A DNA stretch of 64,000 bases from Mytilus trossulus (Eukaryota), in contig NC_086379.1 of the NCBI RefSeq assembly GCF_036588685.1, positions 36,270,001 to 36,334,000 on the forward strand. The letters are read 5' to 3'. Shown here one piece after another: positions 38,169-51,200 of the stretch. A program made the translations under genes and the position numbers. The first letter of the stretch is position 1, and every line of letters begins with the position of its first letter. Under the pieces are notes generated by a model, which saw only the letters and a program-made list of their open reading frames with translations, was not told the DNA's origin and searched no databases.

Positions 38169-41100
38169 TTATGATTGTTTAATTTTAGTATTAAAAACTT
38201 TAAAAACTATCAATAAACAGCTACCAAATGTAACTGTTAATGTTCCTATGACAACTAATACTGTATGCTTTGTATTTCCTACTGGTACCTCCACTCTTAT
38301 ATCATTTACATCCTGGAAAAAATTTATAATTTAATGTATCAATTCATAGCTCTATAGATATACAGAAAATAGCAGAGATTACAATTTTGAACTTCAAGCA
38401 TTAATGCTTGAACTAAAACTAATATATAAAACAAAATAACCCTAAGTGTTGTTGATTCTATTTTGCATTTTATATGTTACCGAAGAGCATGATTCTTATG
38501 AGAAAATCACATTGTCTCCACAAGGACTAGAACCCAGGCCCTCTGTGTTACAAGGCATCGCTCTAACCTCCTGAGCTTAATTAGTACCGCTGACAGCTGA
38601 CTAAGCATCTACTAAGAAATGAAAGTAATCTTGTCACAAATGCAAAAAAAAAAAAAATCTTGTCACAAATGCATGAATCAATCAGGTGCTAAACACCAAG
38701 TAGCTATGAATATTGATTGCTGAGAAAAATGTTATGAACATTTCTTAAACAGGTATGTTTTTGAAACAGAAAGAAATAAGTTTTTGACAAACTGTATATG
38801 AAAGAAACTGAACACTGTATGGCAAACTAGATAAGGTTTTGTGTCATATATGCAGAAGCTATTACTCGTAGTTCCTCAGAATAATACAACAGAAATGTGT
38901 TACATACAGAGCCTTAATGGACAGACTGACCGAGGTAAAACAGTTTGACCGCCTCCTTTGGAGCCAGGGTATGATAAAAGTTAAATGTGAGACCTGCTGT
39001 CTATCTAATTATCTGTTGTCCCATGAAAAGAAGATTTTTTTCTATAAAAGGGAATTCAGAGTATAAAATGAAACAGCAAGCAAATGACACAAAATCCAAG
39101 AGGTAACCATATGACAGGTGCTTTTACAATAACCCATGCTCTTCTCGGTCTCCATCTCTAAATAATTAGTATATAAATATTTAACATAGACTTCCAAAAT
39201 TCTGCCATAAAAAAAACCAAATGACAAAAGCTATATTTACATTTTACAAACAAGGCTCATGACCTGCGACTGACACATACATAATTTTCTTCATCTATAC
39301 TTTATACGCTATAGGTGGTAGATTCCTCATATTCAGTAGATTTTAAAATTGTATTTGCATAATGAATCTTTGTAAATATATCTCAGTTTGAAACTGTAAC
39401 AAAATTGTGATGTCTGATATATCAAAAGATATTGGATGTGACAATACTACCCATAACTATAAAGCAAAATAAATAAAAGTTTTAAATGCAATGTTTAGGC
39501 AAAGCAAGACCCTTATAGCAACCCCTTGAAAAGAAAGCGTCTTTTGGACGAGAAAAAAATGTTTGGTCAGTTATCCTGCATGTGGTCATAAACATACAAA
39601 GGTAGAACTATTTGAAGGTTTATTTTTATTTGCTTTTGATCATCATTTTTACTGTAAGAAATTAAAGAACCTTAGTGAGCACGCTCACATACCCCACGTC
39701 CCCACATTGTCATTGGAGAAATTAAATAAGTTTAAGAAAAAATATTGTATAAGAAAAATTAATTTCCTGCCAATATGCACATCTAAATAGTATGTCCTTA
39801 TTATCTACAAAATTTCATGAAATTCTGTTGTGTGGTTTCAGAGGAGTTGAGATTACTAACTGTTGCAGAAGTACATTGAAGTAAATAAGTTCAAAGAGGC
39901 GCAACTCCTAGAAACAAAATTGAATCGCAATTTCCCATCGATATGCACAATTACATAGTATGTCCTTATTATCTGAAAAGGTTTTGTGAAATTCTGTTGT
40001 GTGGTTTGAGAGGAGTTGCGATGACAAGAAACAGGACTGACGGACGGACGGTACGACTGACAGACGGATGGACGGGTCAAAAACATTTTACCCTCCGCAA
40101 CTCGTTGTGTGGGGTATAATTACTCAAAAGTATTCCCAAAATAAAATTCCAGTAACACGACTACTTAGCTGTAAATCACTTACTGATTTATATTTAATGA
40201 GGTTCCATTCACAAAGAGTGTCTTCTTTAGGTGAGCATGGTATTTGTTCTTTCCTCAAGATTTTTCCAATATAATCTGAAATTAACAGGTGATCTTATTA
40301 TAAAATTTAACAAATTCCTTACTGTATAAATGTTTCTAAAAGCCATCTTTAATACTTATATTAAAAACTTACTTGCTTTTCACTATTTTTATGAGACAAA
40401 CATGAACTTACCCATTAGGACAGATAGCAATTGCAAGTATGCTAAAGCCTACAGGGCTTATGTTGACAAGAATTGGCCGGTTTTATTCATTGGGATTTAA
40501 CTTCTTTTTAAAGTGGTGCTAGTTGGTAAGCCTAAAATCATTGGGAGCAAGTTACATTTTATAAGTGGAATGGTTGGTAGGCAAATTACACAGGAATTGT
40601 TTTTTAGTATACATATTTTTTAAGGGGGTCACTGAAGGACGTCTCCGGGTGCGGGAGTTTCCTGCTACATTGAAGACCTATTAATGGCCTTCAGCTGTTG
40701 CCTTCTCTATGGTCAGGTTAGTGTCACATTGTCACATTGACACATTCCCGCTTTCCTTTCTCAATTTTAAATTACACAGGATTACACAACTTTTTCATTG
40801 GTAGGGTGTGCTTGCAGGCCTATATTCAGTGTGATATAAACCCTTATTATATGTGGGTTGAGTTGGTAGAAAAGTTGGGGCAAGTTGGTTTAGGGGTGAA
40901 GGCAATGGGGCAATTTGTCGTGGATATTTTCAGAAAGTTTTGTACATATTAAATAAACTCATCATAGATACCAGGACTAAATTTTAAATTTAAATACGCC
41001 AGACGCACGTTTCGTCTACAAAAGACTCATCAGTGACGCTCGAATCCAAAAAAGTTAAAAAGGTCAAATAAAGCACGAAGTTGAAGAGCATTGAGGACCA

Positions 41101-43313
41101 AAATTCCTAAAAGTTTTGCCAAATACAGCTAAGGTAAATTAAATTAATGTTACCTCAATGTATTTATAATAAACTTACCCGCATTCTTGCATTGTATCAG
41201 CACTCCAGGATTCATAATACTAAAATTTCTATAATCTGTAGCAGGTAAATGGTATCTTAGATGTATTGGAAATGTCACATTACTTATAACACTATCAGGT
41301 TTGACATGTAAATCAGTATAGATAAGTACACTGAAGATACTAAAGGTATTCTCCTGGAATTCTGGTTTCTCTATATCTAATGTTGGTGATACATACTGAA
41401 AATACAGTGAAAATTCTATTTGTTAGTGGCAAATTCATGTATTTTGATTTAAAAAATGGATGTTGAACAGAATAATTATTATAAAATGCTGTAGCTTTTC
41501 ATATGTTATATATTTTTCATGATTTTTTCCATGGATTTGGCACCAATTTCATGATCTGATGATTGGAAAACACTATGACAGCTGCCAATAATTTATTTTG
41601 ATTTGCTATTTCCAATTTCTAACTTTTTAACCAAAATAAGTTTTCCCAGTGTTTTTCAAATTTTTAAATCTAAAAAATCTAAAAATCTAAAAATCTAAAA
41701 ATAACTTAACATAATACTTTAAAAATAAGTGAACAAATTTGAAACCTACAACATTTTCAAAATTCAATTATCTATATTTAAACTTCTTTGTCTAGTAATA
41801 TTGTAAATATGTTAAGTTAAACTGACTGAAAAATAATTTGTAATTTTACTAACCTCAAAACCCAGATGTTTACTGACAGATTTCATCTGGAATGTGTCAA
41901 CATAAGTACTGCTAGGAAGGAATTCTTTAAACAGACAACGACACTGCATACCCTCTCTTCGGGTAAATAAAGACAAGGGAATTTCAACTATGGTATGAAG
42001 GTCTCTGAAAGAGTCATAACAAATAGAGAAAATGTAATTATGAAAATATTTCAAATGTTCTTAAGGATGTTGGCTGCTCAGTTTCAAAATAAATAACTTT
42101 TCATAAAAATAGTATTTATTGATAGGGTATAAATTGAGGAATCAAAAAAGCCAAAAAAATATAGGGGTCAATGTGCATGTTTTCGAGATATTAGCCATTG
42201 TAATTTTGGCGGGAAAATGTTCTCTCTTGATTTTTCATAGCTTTATCATTGACCAGTTAAAGTTCTCAAATACTATTTAAAAATAAATAAAATTTCATAA
42301 GACTTTTACAAATGACTTATAATTATACATGTAATAGATTTATAAAAAGAAAAATGGGGGTTCATGGGGAACTTTTTTTTAGGCATTCAAATGGATAAAA
42401 CCAGAGGATTTCGAAAATCTTGACAAAAATTCCAAAACATGACAAGCAGACATCCTTAAATGCATTAATTTGTTCATTTTCTAAATGCGACCATGATGTA
42501 GACTTTTATTTTCCACCTGCTAATATGCTTTAACTTCCATGATTGCTTCTAACTTCTTGATAGTTTTGCATGCAATAAAAAGACAAGATGTCTGCTACTT
42601 TGCCTGCTTGAAACTGCTACTTTAAAATACATGTATTTGAAAGGCCATTTGCAAGAATTGTTAGATGAGACTATGATCCTTAGAACATACCATTATATCA
42701 TTCACCACAAATATTTTCTTTTTGAATTGAAATAATACCCTATTAAAAGGCATAATTTGTATGTGCCTTTACAAAGTCAGGAACCTGTAATTCTTTATTT
42801 GTCTTTGTTTACACATGTCTGTTTTTGTTTTGTTTTACAATTTGCTTTTAAGCATTAATGAGGTTGTGGTTTTTTCTCTTTTGAATTGTTTCATATATTG
42901 TCATGCCAGCCCTTTTATAGTTTACTATATATGGTATAGGTTTTTCTCATTGTTGAAGGTTGTACAGTGACATAAAGGTGTACACATCCTCCTCTTTTGG
43001 TCTCTAGTCGATAATTGTCTCATTAGCAATCACTCAAACCGCATCTTATTTTTATAAGAAGTTAGCATTATAATGTATCACTGCATTAAAAAGTCTCTAC
43101 TATACACTGAGTCTAGACGGGATAATATTCTGTAAATATTGGAGAAGGTGAAAATGAATCATCTAACTTTACTTTGCTTAAATTTGCATTATATTCATAC
43201 CTGTGGAGTCCATCTTTTAATAACTTCCTCTGTAAAGTTGGTAGTTGTAATGAAAGACTTGTTTCAAAGAAAACCAGTAAAACTATTAATAAGTTCTCTA
43301 CAGTTGTCAACAT
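38169..43313 (-). CDS. PIGX: PIG-X, GPI mannosyltransferase I stabilising subunit (5 coding exons, 238 aa)
   Basis: Minus-strand exons 43313-43201, 42004-41854, 41395-41179, 40275-40184, 38312-38169 (717 nt, phases consistent). Signal peptide, then RKLLKDGLHRDL, E.LPSSTYVD.FQ, LDIEKPEF, FPIHLRYH, PC...LCEW, VPVG, a TM helix and a C-terminal KIKQS (KxKxx ER-retrieval motif). These are the PIG-X/PBN1 family hallmarks. Confidence 0.9.
38514..38578 (-). mobile_element. tRNA-derived SINE head
   Basis: Minus strand AGCTCAGGAGGTTAGAGC (A-box-like) and GGTTCTAGTCC (B-box-like). No intact cloverleaf. Confidence 0.55.
39500..40119 (-). mobile_element. Helentron-associated element (opposite orientation) with about 180-bp internal repeats
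   Basis: GGAC/GACG microsatellite and terminal CCGCAAC..GTTGTGTGGGGTATAA palindrome. Related decayed pieces at about 38640-38975 and 2580-2960. Confidence 0.6.
40996..41039 (-). ncRNA. Hammerhead ribozyme (type I, minimal) in PIGX intron, sense to PIGX
   Basis: Minus strand reads GCGTCA-CTGATGA-GTCT tttgt AGAC-GAAA-CGTGCG-TC/TGGCGT, with a GUC cleavage triplet. It sits in an approximately 185-bp retrozyme/PLE-like fragment (40951-41137) that resembles the 347-bp unit upstream of the core. Confidence 0.85.
42065..42455. mobile_element. TTAA-site MITE (Kolobok-type)
   Basis: TTAA|GGATGT ... ACATCC|TTAA. Confidence 0.65.
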
Positions 43314-44058
43314 CTTTCTTCAATTTTATTCTGCAGCTATGTTCATTGTTCTGAAAAACACAAATACCATTATAATTAACTAATTTAACCACATATTTTT
43401 ATAGGTAAGTCTTTTAACCACCTCACACCGCAGAACACCACCAAAAATATTAAAATACCATCTAACACATCTAAATATATTGTTTTCATCTTTATTTATA
43501 TATTTGACATACCTTCAGAATGGGAATGAATATGTTTATAGATAAATATTCACAAATTTATAAAAAATGATAACAAGAAAATCAAAGAAAACAGTCTTGT
43601 AGGGCTGTTGTCAGGACAGAACACTTTCAAGTCTGATATTTTTTTAAATATAATTATTGTGATAATTTCACATTAAATAAAATGATTTGACCTAATAATT
43701 TCTAATAATTGAAAAGAAAAGACCATAAGACAATATACAGACAATGAAAATAAAAAATAAAATATTGCTGGATCCGGAAACATTTTTCAGTTTTATTTTG
43801 ATTCTCAACTTCACATTTGTATGTGAAAAACATGAGAATAGGATTTAATTTAATGTAATTTATTGTATTATTATGTAGCATTATACCGTTTTTCTTAAGG
43901 ATTAGTGGTCTTTTGAGGTGTAAGGTGGTGACCGTGTTCGACAGTGTTCGTTGGTGAAAAGACCAAACCTATTTTTTACAATTTCCATAGGTGGCAAAGG
44001 TTTATTTTACACAATTTAGTTAAAGAAGTATTTGCCAGTTTATTTAACCTTCCTTAAT

Positions 44059-44703
44059 CAGGTTGGGAACAAACCCCCTGGATGGTGATTATACCTGTAT
44101 AGAGGGATAAACCTTCTTTAGAGGGATAAAATTATCCCTCTGTAGAGGGGTATTTGTGTTTGCACTGGATTTAAAGCAAATAAGGGCAGAATGGCATTTT
44201 CTAATTATATTGGCTATAATCTCTAGCAGTATGTGCATCAACATATGCACTTTACTAAAAATTGGGATAACCTGTTTTCTGCTAAAGTGACAAAACTTGA
44301 AATCTATTGTATACCTATCTGAACACCTGATCAACATCAAAAGGAATAGTTGACCTTTAAAAATCATGTTAAATCTAACAATAGAAATTCTGTTCAGTGA
44401 GGCATAAGTGAGTAGAATTTACCTGATCATCACAGCTTTCAATCATGGTGGACAATAGATTTTATATTTAGTCAGATAAGCAGCAAACTGGGCATGTGCA
44501 TATTAAACTAAGCACATCAATTGGTGCATCAACTGTTGCAGGTTACTGCCATAATAAGTAGAGAATGCCATTCTGCCCTGTTTTGATTTAAATCCAGTCT
44601 AAACAAAAATACCCCTCTATAGAGGGATAATTTTATCCCTCTATAGAAGGTTTATCCCTCTATACAGGTATAATCACCATTGAGAGGGTTTGTTCCCAAC
44701 CTG
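44059..44703. mobile_element. Fold-back MITE with long (over 130 bp) inverted arms
   Basis: TTAAT|CAGGTTGGGAACAAACCC ... GGGTTTGTTCCCAACCTG|TTAAT. An extra right-end copy lies at about 44840-44863. Confidence 0.75.
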
Positions 44704-45024
44704 TTAATATGTGCCTATTGTACTAAGAATTGGTTTTTACATCAACATTTTTTTATCATTTGAAATTTATCTGTCATAGGGGGGGGGGGGTCTAATAAAA
44801 GGGATTATAGATAGTCGTTACATTTGGGGTCTACCCCTCATTTGAGAGGTTGTTCCTAACCTGTATAACAGTCCCATTTTTCGTATATCCTACTAACAAT
44901 AATCTTTCATTCCCTGACTGAACCACGTTGTATGTTGTAAACTGTGTTTAAGAATGATCGTAAAAGTCCGCTGGTTATTTCTAAGACTAATAATAAGTCA
45001 TATCTAAGCTATTAATCTTCTGTG

Positions 45025-45200
45025 TTATAATGGGCGGGCACTTGCACCAAATCGAAAGTGAAAGTAGCGCTCCGCAGAAACTGCAATTTTAACCAATGAG
45101 AAAAAATCTTACATCGTGATCTAGGCGTTGTGCTGTCAACTTCACAAAACAGAAAAGTGTACAAACTGAAATTATGTGTATGTAAACGGATTAATAAAAG
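45025..45200. promoter_or_regulatory. Probable bidirectional PIGX/CHMP6 promoter
   Basis: GC box GGGCGGG at 45032 and CCAAT at 45093. A minus-strand donor (GTAAG at 45112-45108) could end a non-coding PIGX exon 1 spliced to the acceptor at 43351. Confidence 0.45.
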
Positions 45201-48200
45201 ATGGGAGGACTCTTTTCTTCAAAGGGAAAAGAGAAAAAGGCAGAATCAAGAGTTACAGAACAAGACAAAGCAGTATTGGTAAATCAACTCACACAAAATA
45301 AAAAAAATATAAAGAAGATATGACCTGATGACTGCCAAATATTTTCAATCATTGTCAGTATATTGGTCCAATCAGTATTAACAGAGGGTCGTAATTGGGG
45401 TACCTCATGACGGTAACGGTAAAAATTCTTGCCAAATTACATTATTGGTAAATTTTGGTGTATGACGATAAAACAAACACTTTGTTTTAGATGATAAAAG
45501 CAATGACTGATTTTGACGAATCACATTAATTTTTTTCTCCAAAAATGACGGTAATGATAATTATTAGAGACCTATGACGAATCACAATAAGGATATTTTG
45601 ACGAATCACAGTAAAATTTTAAACAATTAAGACACAGGCACTTATGTTTCTAGCAATATGGGGTTTATTATCCATACACGTACGTAAAATCTTTCGTGCG
45701 GGTATGGATAGTAAACCCCATATTGACAGAAACAAGTAACAAGTGCCTAAATTTCAATATGGGGTTTACTATCCATACCTGTACAAAAAATCTTTTGTAT
45801 GGGTATGGTTAGTAAACCCCATATTGACAGAAACAAGTGCCTGTGAATTTATACAAACTAAAGCAATACAATTGGATACTTTTAGTACATTTAGTAAAAT
45901 AAAATTATACACAGAAGTACATGTAATAGTTTATTTTCATTTTTTTCCAGCAATTAAAGCAACAAAGGGACAAACTAAAGCAATACCAAAAGAAGATCAA
46001 TGTACAGATAGAAAAAGACAGAAATGTGGCTAAACAACTGCTGCATGATGGGAGAAAAGAGTAAGTACGAAATGTGGCTAAACAACTGCTTCATGATTGG
46101 AGAAAAGAGTAAGTACAAGTATCATATTTTTAATAAAATCATTGTACAGGTATTTTAATGTGCTTATCTATACAGCTTCTTTTGCATATTACTATCAGTC
46201 AGGGATACTACTTATACAAGTTATTTTTATTTGTTTAAAGAAGTAAAAAAAAATATATATACATATAAGTAAATAAATAATGTTTGAAAAACCGGGTCCT
46301 ACTAAAATGCGCCCGGGAGCGCCCGGGTGGAGAAAAAGCGCCCGGGGAAAAGAAATAGCGCCCGGGGAAGAAAAAACAGCGCCCGGGGAAAAGAAAAAGC
46401 GCCCGGGGAAAAATAAATAGTTATTGTAATGGTATAAGACAACTTTGTGGCAATAAAATAAGTTATGTAAATTGATTTTTTTTAATTTTAGACAAGTATT
46501 TTGCAAATAAAGATAATAGACATTTGTTATAAAGCACAGACACATCTAAGAATGTTTCAATTTAAACAATAATATATGAATACTATTTGGAAAGACAGAT
46601 AATAATGGATCACAGTTAATGCTGAAGTTTTATAAAATGCAAGACATCAAAAGACATGTTTTTCAAAAACGATTTGAAAATGAAAACTAAAAAAAAAACC
46701 TTAAAATTCACATAAACAAAAATCAGCAAATGAAGCAGTACTATACATGTACCGTATAGGTAAAACAATGGTTTAAAAAGCAGGAGTTTAATTTTAAAAC
46801 TAAGCATTAGAACACTGATAAGCATAGCCATTTAAAGAGATTCAGTTTTAAAATAAAGAAATAATTAATCTATATCAACATCTGCATATAAAACTTTTAC
46901 TATTTTGAAAAAGCACTTAAAGTACAAAAAGTAAATATTAAAACACTGATAAGCAAAGCCATTAAAACAGTTTCAGGTTAAAAAAAAAGATATAATAAAT
47001 CTTTATCAGCGTATGCATATAAAACATTTACTATTGTTAAAAAGCACTAAAAGTACAGCACTATGCGTCTTACCACCTATTCATGCAAACTGTAAATTAC
47101 ATTACTGTACAAAACAAATATAAAACAATGCACATTAAAAGTTATGTTGAAAATTTCAAGGTAGTGGTCTTGTTGCTTCGAATACGCTTCTTTTGGTTTG
47201 GCTTCCTTGCGGTGGTTGGAGTTTTGGGAATCTTTAATTTTCCATCGGATGATTCCACAAAATTGTCTCTTGGTTTGCTTAAATTCATTAACTTTCTGAA
47301 AATGGCGTCCTTTTCTTTTGCACATTTCGACGACCATACCACATCTGTTACTTGAAGTTTTCTAGCCCAAGGAGCCAACGCATAGTTCCCCTGGCCATGT
47401 AATGCTCGGCGTATATCTCGATACTGTAATTGAACAATTTTGTGTAGTTTGCCTATAAGGTCCGGGAGCTTTACGGCTTTCCAATTTGTAGAAAGTTTTA
47501 AAATATTGTTCATGGATTCGCATGAATTGTTCTTCCAGTTAATTGGGGCAATGTCTTTTTGTGCCGGTTCCCAAACATAGTTCTTGAGAGATGATGTACT
47601 ACAGCTAAAGTAACGTTGAAACGCGGGAACACTGTACTCGTACTTCGCTTCCAACTCCATTACCTTTAGGTCAAACTCAACATCATCAGGAGAAGAGAGG
47701 AGACCATCTACACCAAACACATCGTGGAGCACAGTGTTGTAGTTTGGGTCTTTTTCGCCAATGACTTCCCGCAAATGTCTCTTAAAATTTTCCTCAATGT
47801 GACGTGTGCAAAGAATTTGCTGGGAATCTGGAAAGCACTTCTGTATAGCTTTCGTCAAAGCCTTTTCCTCGTCCGAGCCAAATACAAGGCTTTTGCCACT
47901 AATCTGTGCTCCAGGAATATCGTCCAAAAAGCACTGGAGGTGGCTAAAAAATCGATGGTAAGTGTGGAAGCAACCGTCCCAGTGGAGGTAGCATGGCCCA
48001 AGCATGATTGGTGCTGGAGTGTTAGAAACCTTTCTTATTAAGTTCTGGTTGTGAAAAACTGTAACAGTAACATATGCAGCCCCCAAATTAAAAGTGCGGT
48101 CAACCCCAATGATATGTTTAGATTCGGACGAGCAGAATTTCTTGAGATCGAGAAGTTGTTCATCAGTATACACTACTACTGAAGGGGGTTTGCCGGAGAG

Positions 48201-51200
48201 TTGAACAATTTCTTTAATAAACGGATGACCATGTTGCATACTCATTAATGTTTGTATGTCGTCGGCATTATTAGATGCCTTCTGTTGATGTGGACGATCC
48301 CTTTTCTTCTCGTTGTACTTAAAATTTTGTATCTGTTTCAAGTCTCTTGGGGCTTCCATAGAGTCATCTAACGCTAGATCGGTATAAATTTCCCTGCAAT
48401 TCTGTGTTTTTACCATTCCCTTGATGTCATCAACAATTTGTGCATTTGTTCGGATGTAATCGCCATGTCCATTTTTATTATTTCCATGCAGACTTTTTGT
48501 TGTTGGGAAAATACCAATGTATTCCACGAACGCTACCCCATTGCCGCTTGCTGGGCTCTCGGGACTAGTAACAACCCATGATATTCTCCTTTGATATTCC
48601 GGCAAGCGCTGTAGTTTTGTGTATGCTCGCTTCAACACTAACACTTCTGTTGGATTTGGTTGTGGTTCTAGCGGAACTCTTGCACCCTTTGCTGTTTTTA
48701 CGAAAAGGCCGTTTTGGAGATCAATATACTGCAAACGCCCATTTTGGTACACAAATCTGTGGGTCTTCAAAGAAACACGACCCCAGGCACCACAATCATC
48801 TACATATTGTCTACTTTTCCCTTGTTTTTCCCTCTGTTCGTTATTTGTATTGTCAACCATATATCCAATGTTGTTTTTAATTCCACGTGGAATATGCATC
48901 TCCTTGTTTTTAGCATCATTTGATAAGACAAGCACGAGTTCGTCAGTGCTTAAAAATTTGCCATTGTTTCCCCTTCCATTCGGAACTTTAATGCTTGATT
49001 GTTCAGTATTGTCTAAATCGGATATTTCAGAAAACTCATCGCTCGTGTTTTCTGCCATATAATCATCATGCATATATGTACCTGCTCTTATAGGCGACGA
49101 TGTTTTCATAGTGATTGAGTGTTCCATGATCTCAGTGTTATCAAGATCTATAGTAGTTTGGTAAGTTTGGTACATAGAAGGTTTTCTTATCAAAGGCACA
49201 AAGTGATTCGCCGACCATGTGATAGTGTGATCAGGGGGTGAACAACTTGTCCACATAACAGTAAAGGTTCTATCTGTTTCATTTGATGGTAAGCATGTGG
49301 TATTCAGAGTAATGAACGCAAGATCACCAGTGCCGTTAACTGGAGGATACACAACCCTTATATTGTTTCCAGTGATATTGCTCAATGCGTGAATTGTCCA
49401 TTGTGAAGAATAACCGCCGGGTTTTGAACAGTCAATACATGACTTATTGTAACTTGGGGAGACTAGGAGAATGTTTGTATAATTATCAATCTTAGAATAC
49501 GCTTCACTGTTTAATGACATTTCAATGCAAGTACGGACACGGAGTTCGGTCACAAGACTGTTGTCACCCACGAGGGCCATAGAAGCAGAACTGAACAGAC
49601 AACTCCCATCTGTTAAAGACGCCAATGGGACACCTGAAACCAAAATAATATAGTTTAATAGATCGTTCCAATGTTGTGCTGTCCCAGGTCAGGGGAGGGT
49701 TTGGATCATTTACTTTTTACATAAATTAGCCCATATTTTTCTTGTTTGAATTGTTTTACATTTTTATTTTGGGGACCTTTTATACAGCTGACTATGCTTA
49801 AGTTTGCTCATTATTGAAACCCGTATGGTGACCTATAGTTATAGTTGTGAATTTCTGTGTCATTTGGTCTCTTGTGAAAAGTGGGTTCATTGGCAATCAC
49901 ACAAAATCTTCTTTATATTTTGGACATATAGTGTAAAGAAATTCCACTTATTTACGTATATACATACCCAGTATAATTCAAAGCCTCGAGATAGACTAAA
50001 AGTTTAGAATGCATGTGACTTCACTATTGTCCAGTTATTTTGCTGTCTTTTATTATATGACAAACGAGACAGTGAATTCAAATGCTTCATATGAACCAGA
50101 TATAACTTTTTTTTTTGTATTATATATTTTAAAGCTTAATGTTATTATAAATATATATTTCCGGTATTTTCTTTATGCCATCAAAAATCTCTCACCATTC
50201 TCGTTCATCTTGTATTGTTTCAACAGCAGTTTGGAAGTAGAATGTTCCGAGTGTACCGCCAACTTCTCTTCGTTGTTCTCATCTTGAGTCATTGTGGGAA
50301 GCAATCCCTTTTCTCTTTTACAGCAAAATCGTAGGTAATTTAATCCCTGTTCACCAGCCTAAAAGTAATCAATTACATAGTCATATAACAAAAGACTCTG
50401 CAGGTTCATATATAGATTCTTATATATGAGATACACACAAATGGTTTTGAATATTAACGATTGTGGTTAATTGGATTACCGTAATCAGCGTGTCGTGTGT
50501 ACAGTTAACGATTGTTAATTAGTCTTATCTTCTTTCATTACAATTGGATTACCGTAATCAGCGCGTCGTGTTTACAGTTTACGATTGTTAATTAGTCTTA
50601 GCTTATTATATTTATAAATATACATTTCATTTATTACTTTAAACATACATATAATTTTTAAAAATGAAAACGGGGGAGAATAATGAAAATTAAAATTCCA
50701 TAAGCGTACATTTTGACTGAACAAGAAGTTTTATTATTTTCTCTCTTATTATTTATATAATATATTACAAATCTCACCTCTGTCAATCTTAATAATGCTG
50801 AGGTGTATGTGTATTCGTCTGATTGTTCATGGGAAAAACACCCTTTGCACGAATAATTCACATTTTCTTCTGTCAGGAACATTTCATAGTCTGCCAATTC
50901 CAACTCTTCACATCGTAGATGGTACCACGTATCACAATTGTCACAGCAGATGCTAGCAATTTTACAGTTTTTACGGCATATCCCACAGTTCCGGAATATC
51001 ATATTAGCTTTAGCTTTTGCAGTAGGTTTAACTTTTCTTTTCTTAGTGGCAGGCATATTGAAACCCTTCCTCAATCTTCAACCGTCAATTCAAGTATGTT
51101 TTGTAAAATACAAAACTTTGAAAAGTGTTCACCATGCAGTTGCGAATATTAGACCTCAGGCAACGCTTATTTTTAAATAACGAAGTATACGTTTTGATCG

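Noticed and set aside
38514-38578. tRNA gene
   Set aside because: A/B boxes are present but the acceptor stem is not intact, so it is a SINE head.
46195-46545. 116-aa ORF (and mirror ORF 51333-51515) with PGA/SRA repeats
   Set aside because: They merely translate the GCGCCCGGG terminal arrays.
47142-49643. 833-aa ORF as a stand-alone gene starting at 49643
   Set aside because: The track start is a non-ATG codon inside the intron. A canonical acceptor at 49634 links it to two upstream exons.
50778-51056. Transposon PHD captured from the neighbouring BPTF gene
   Set aside because: No nucleotide similarity, different loop lengths and intron positions. Only the generic PHD Cys/His/Trp pattern is shared.
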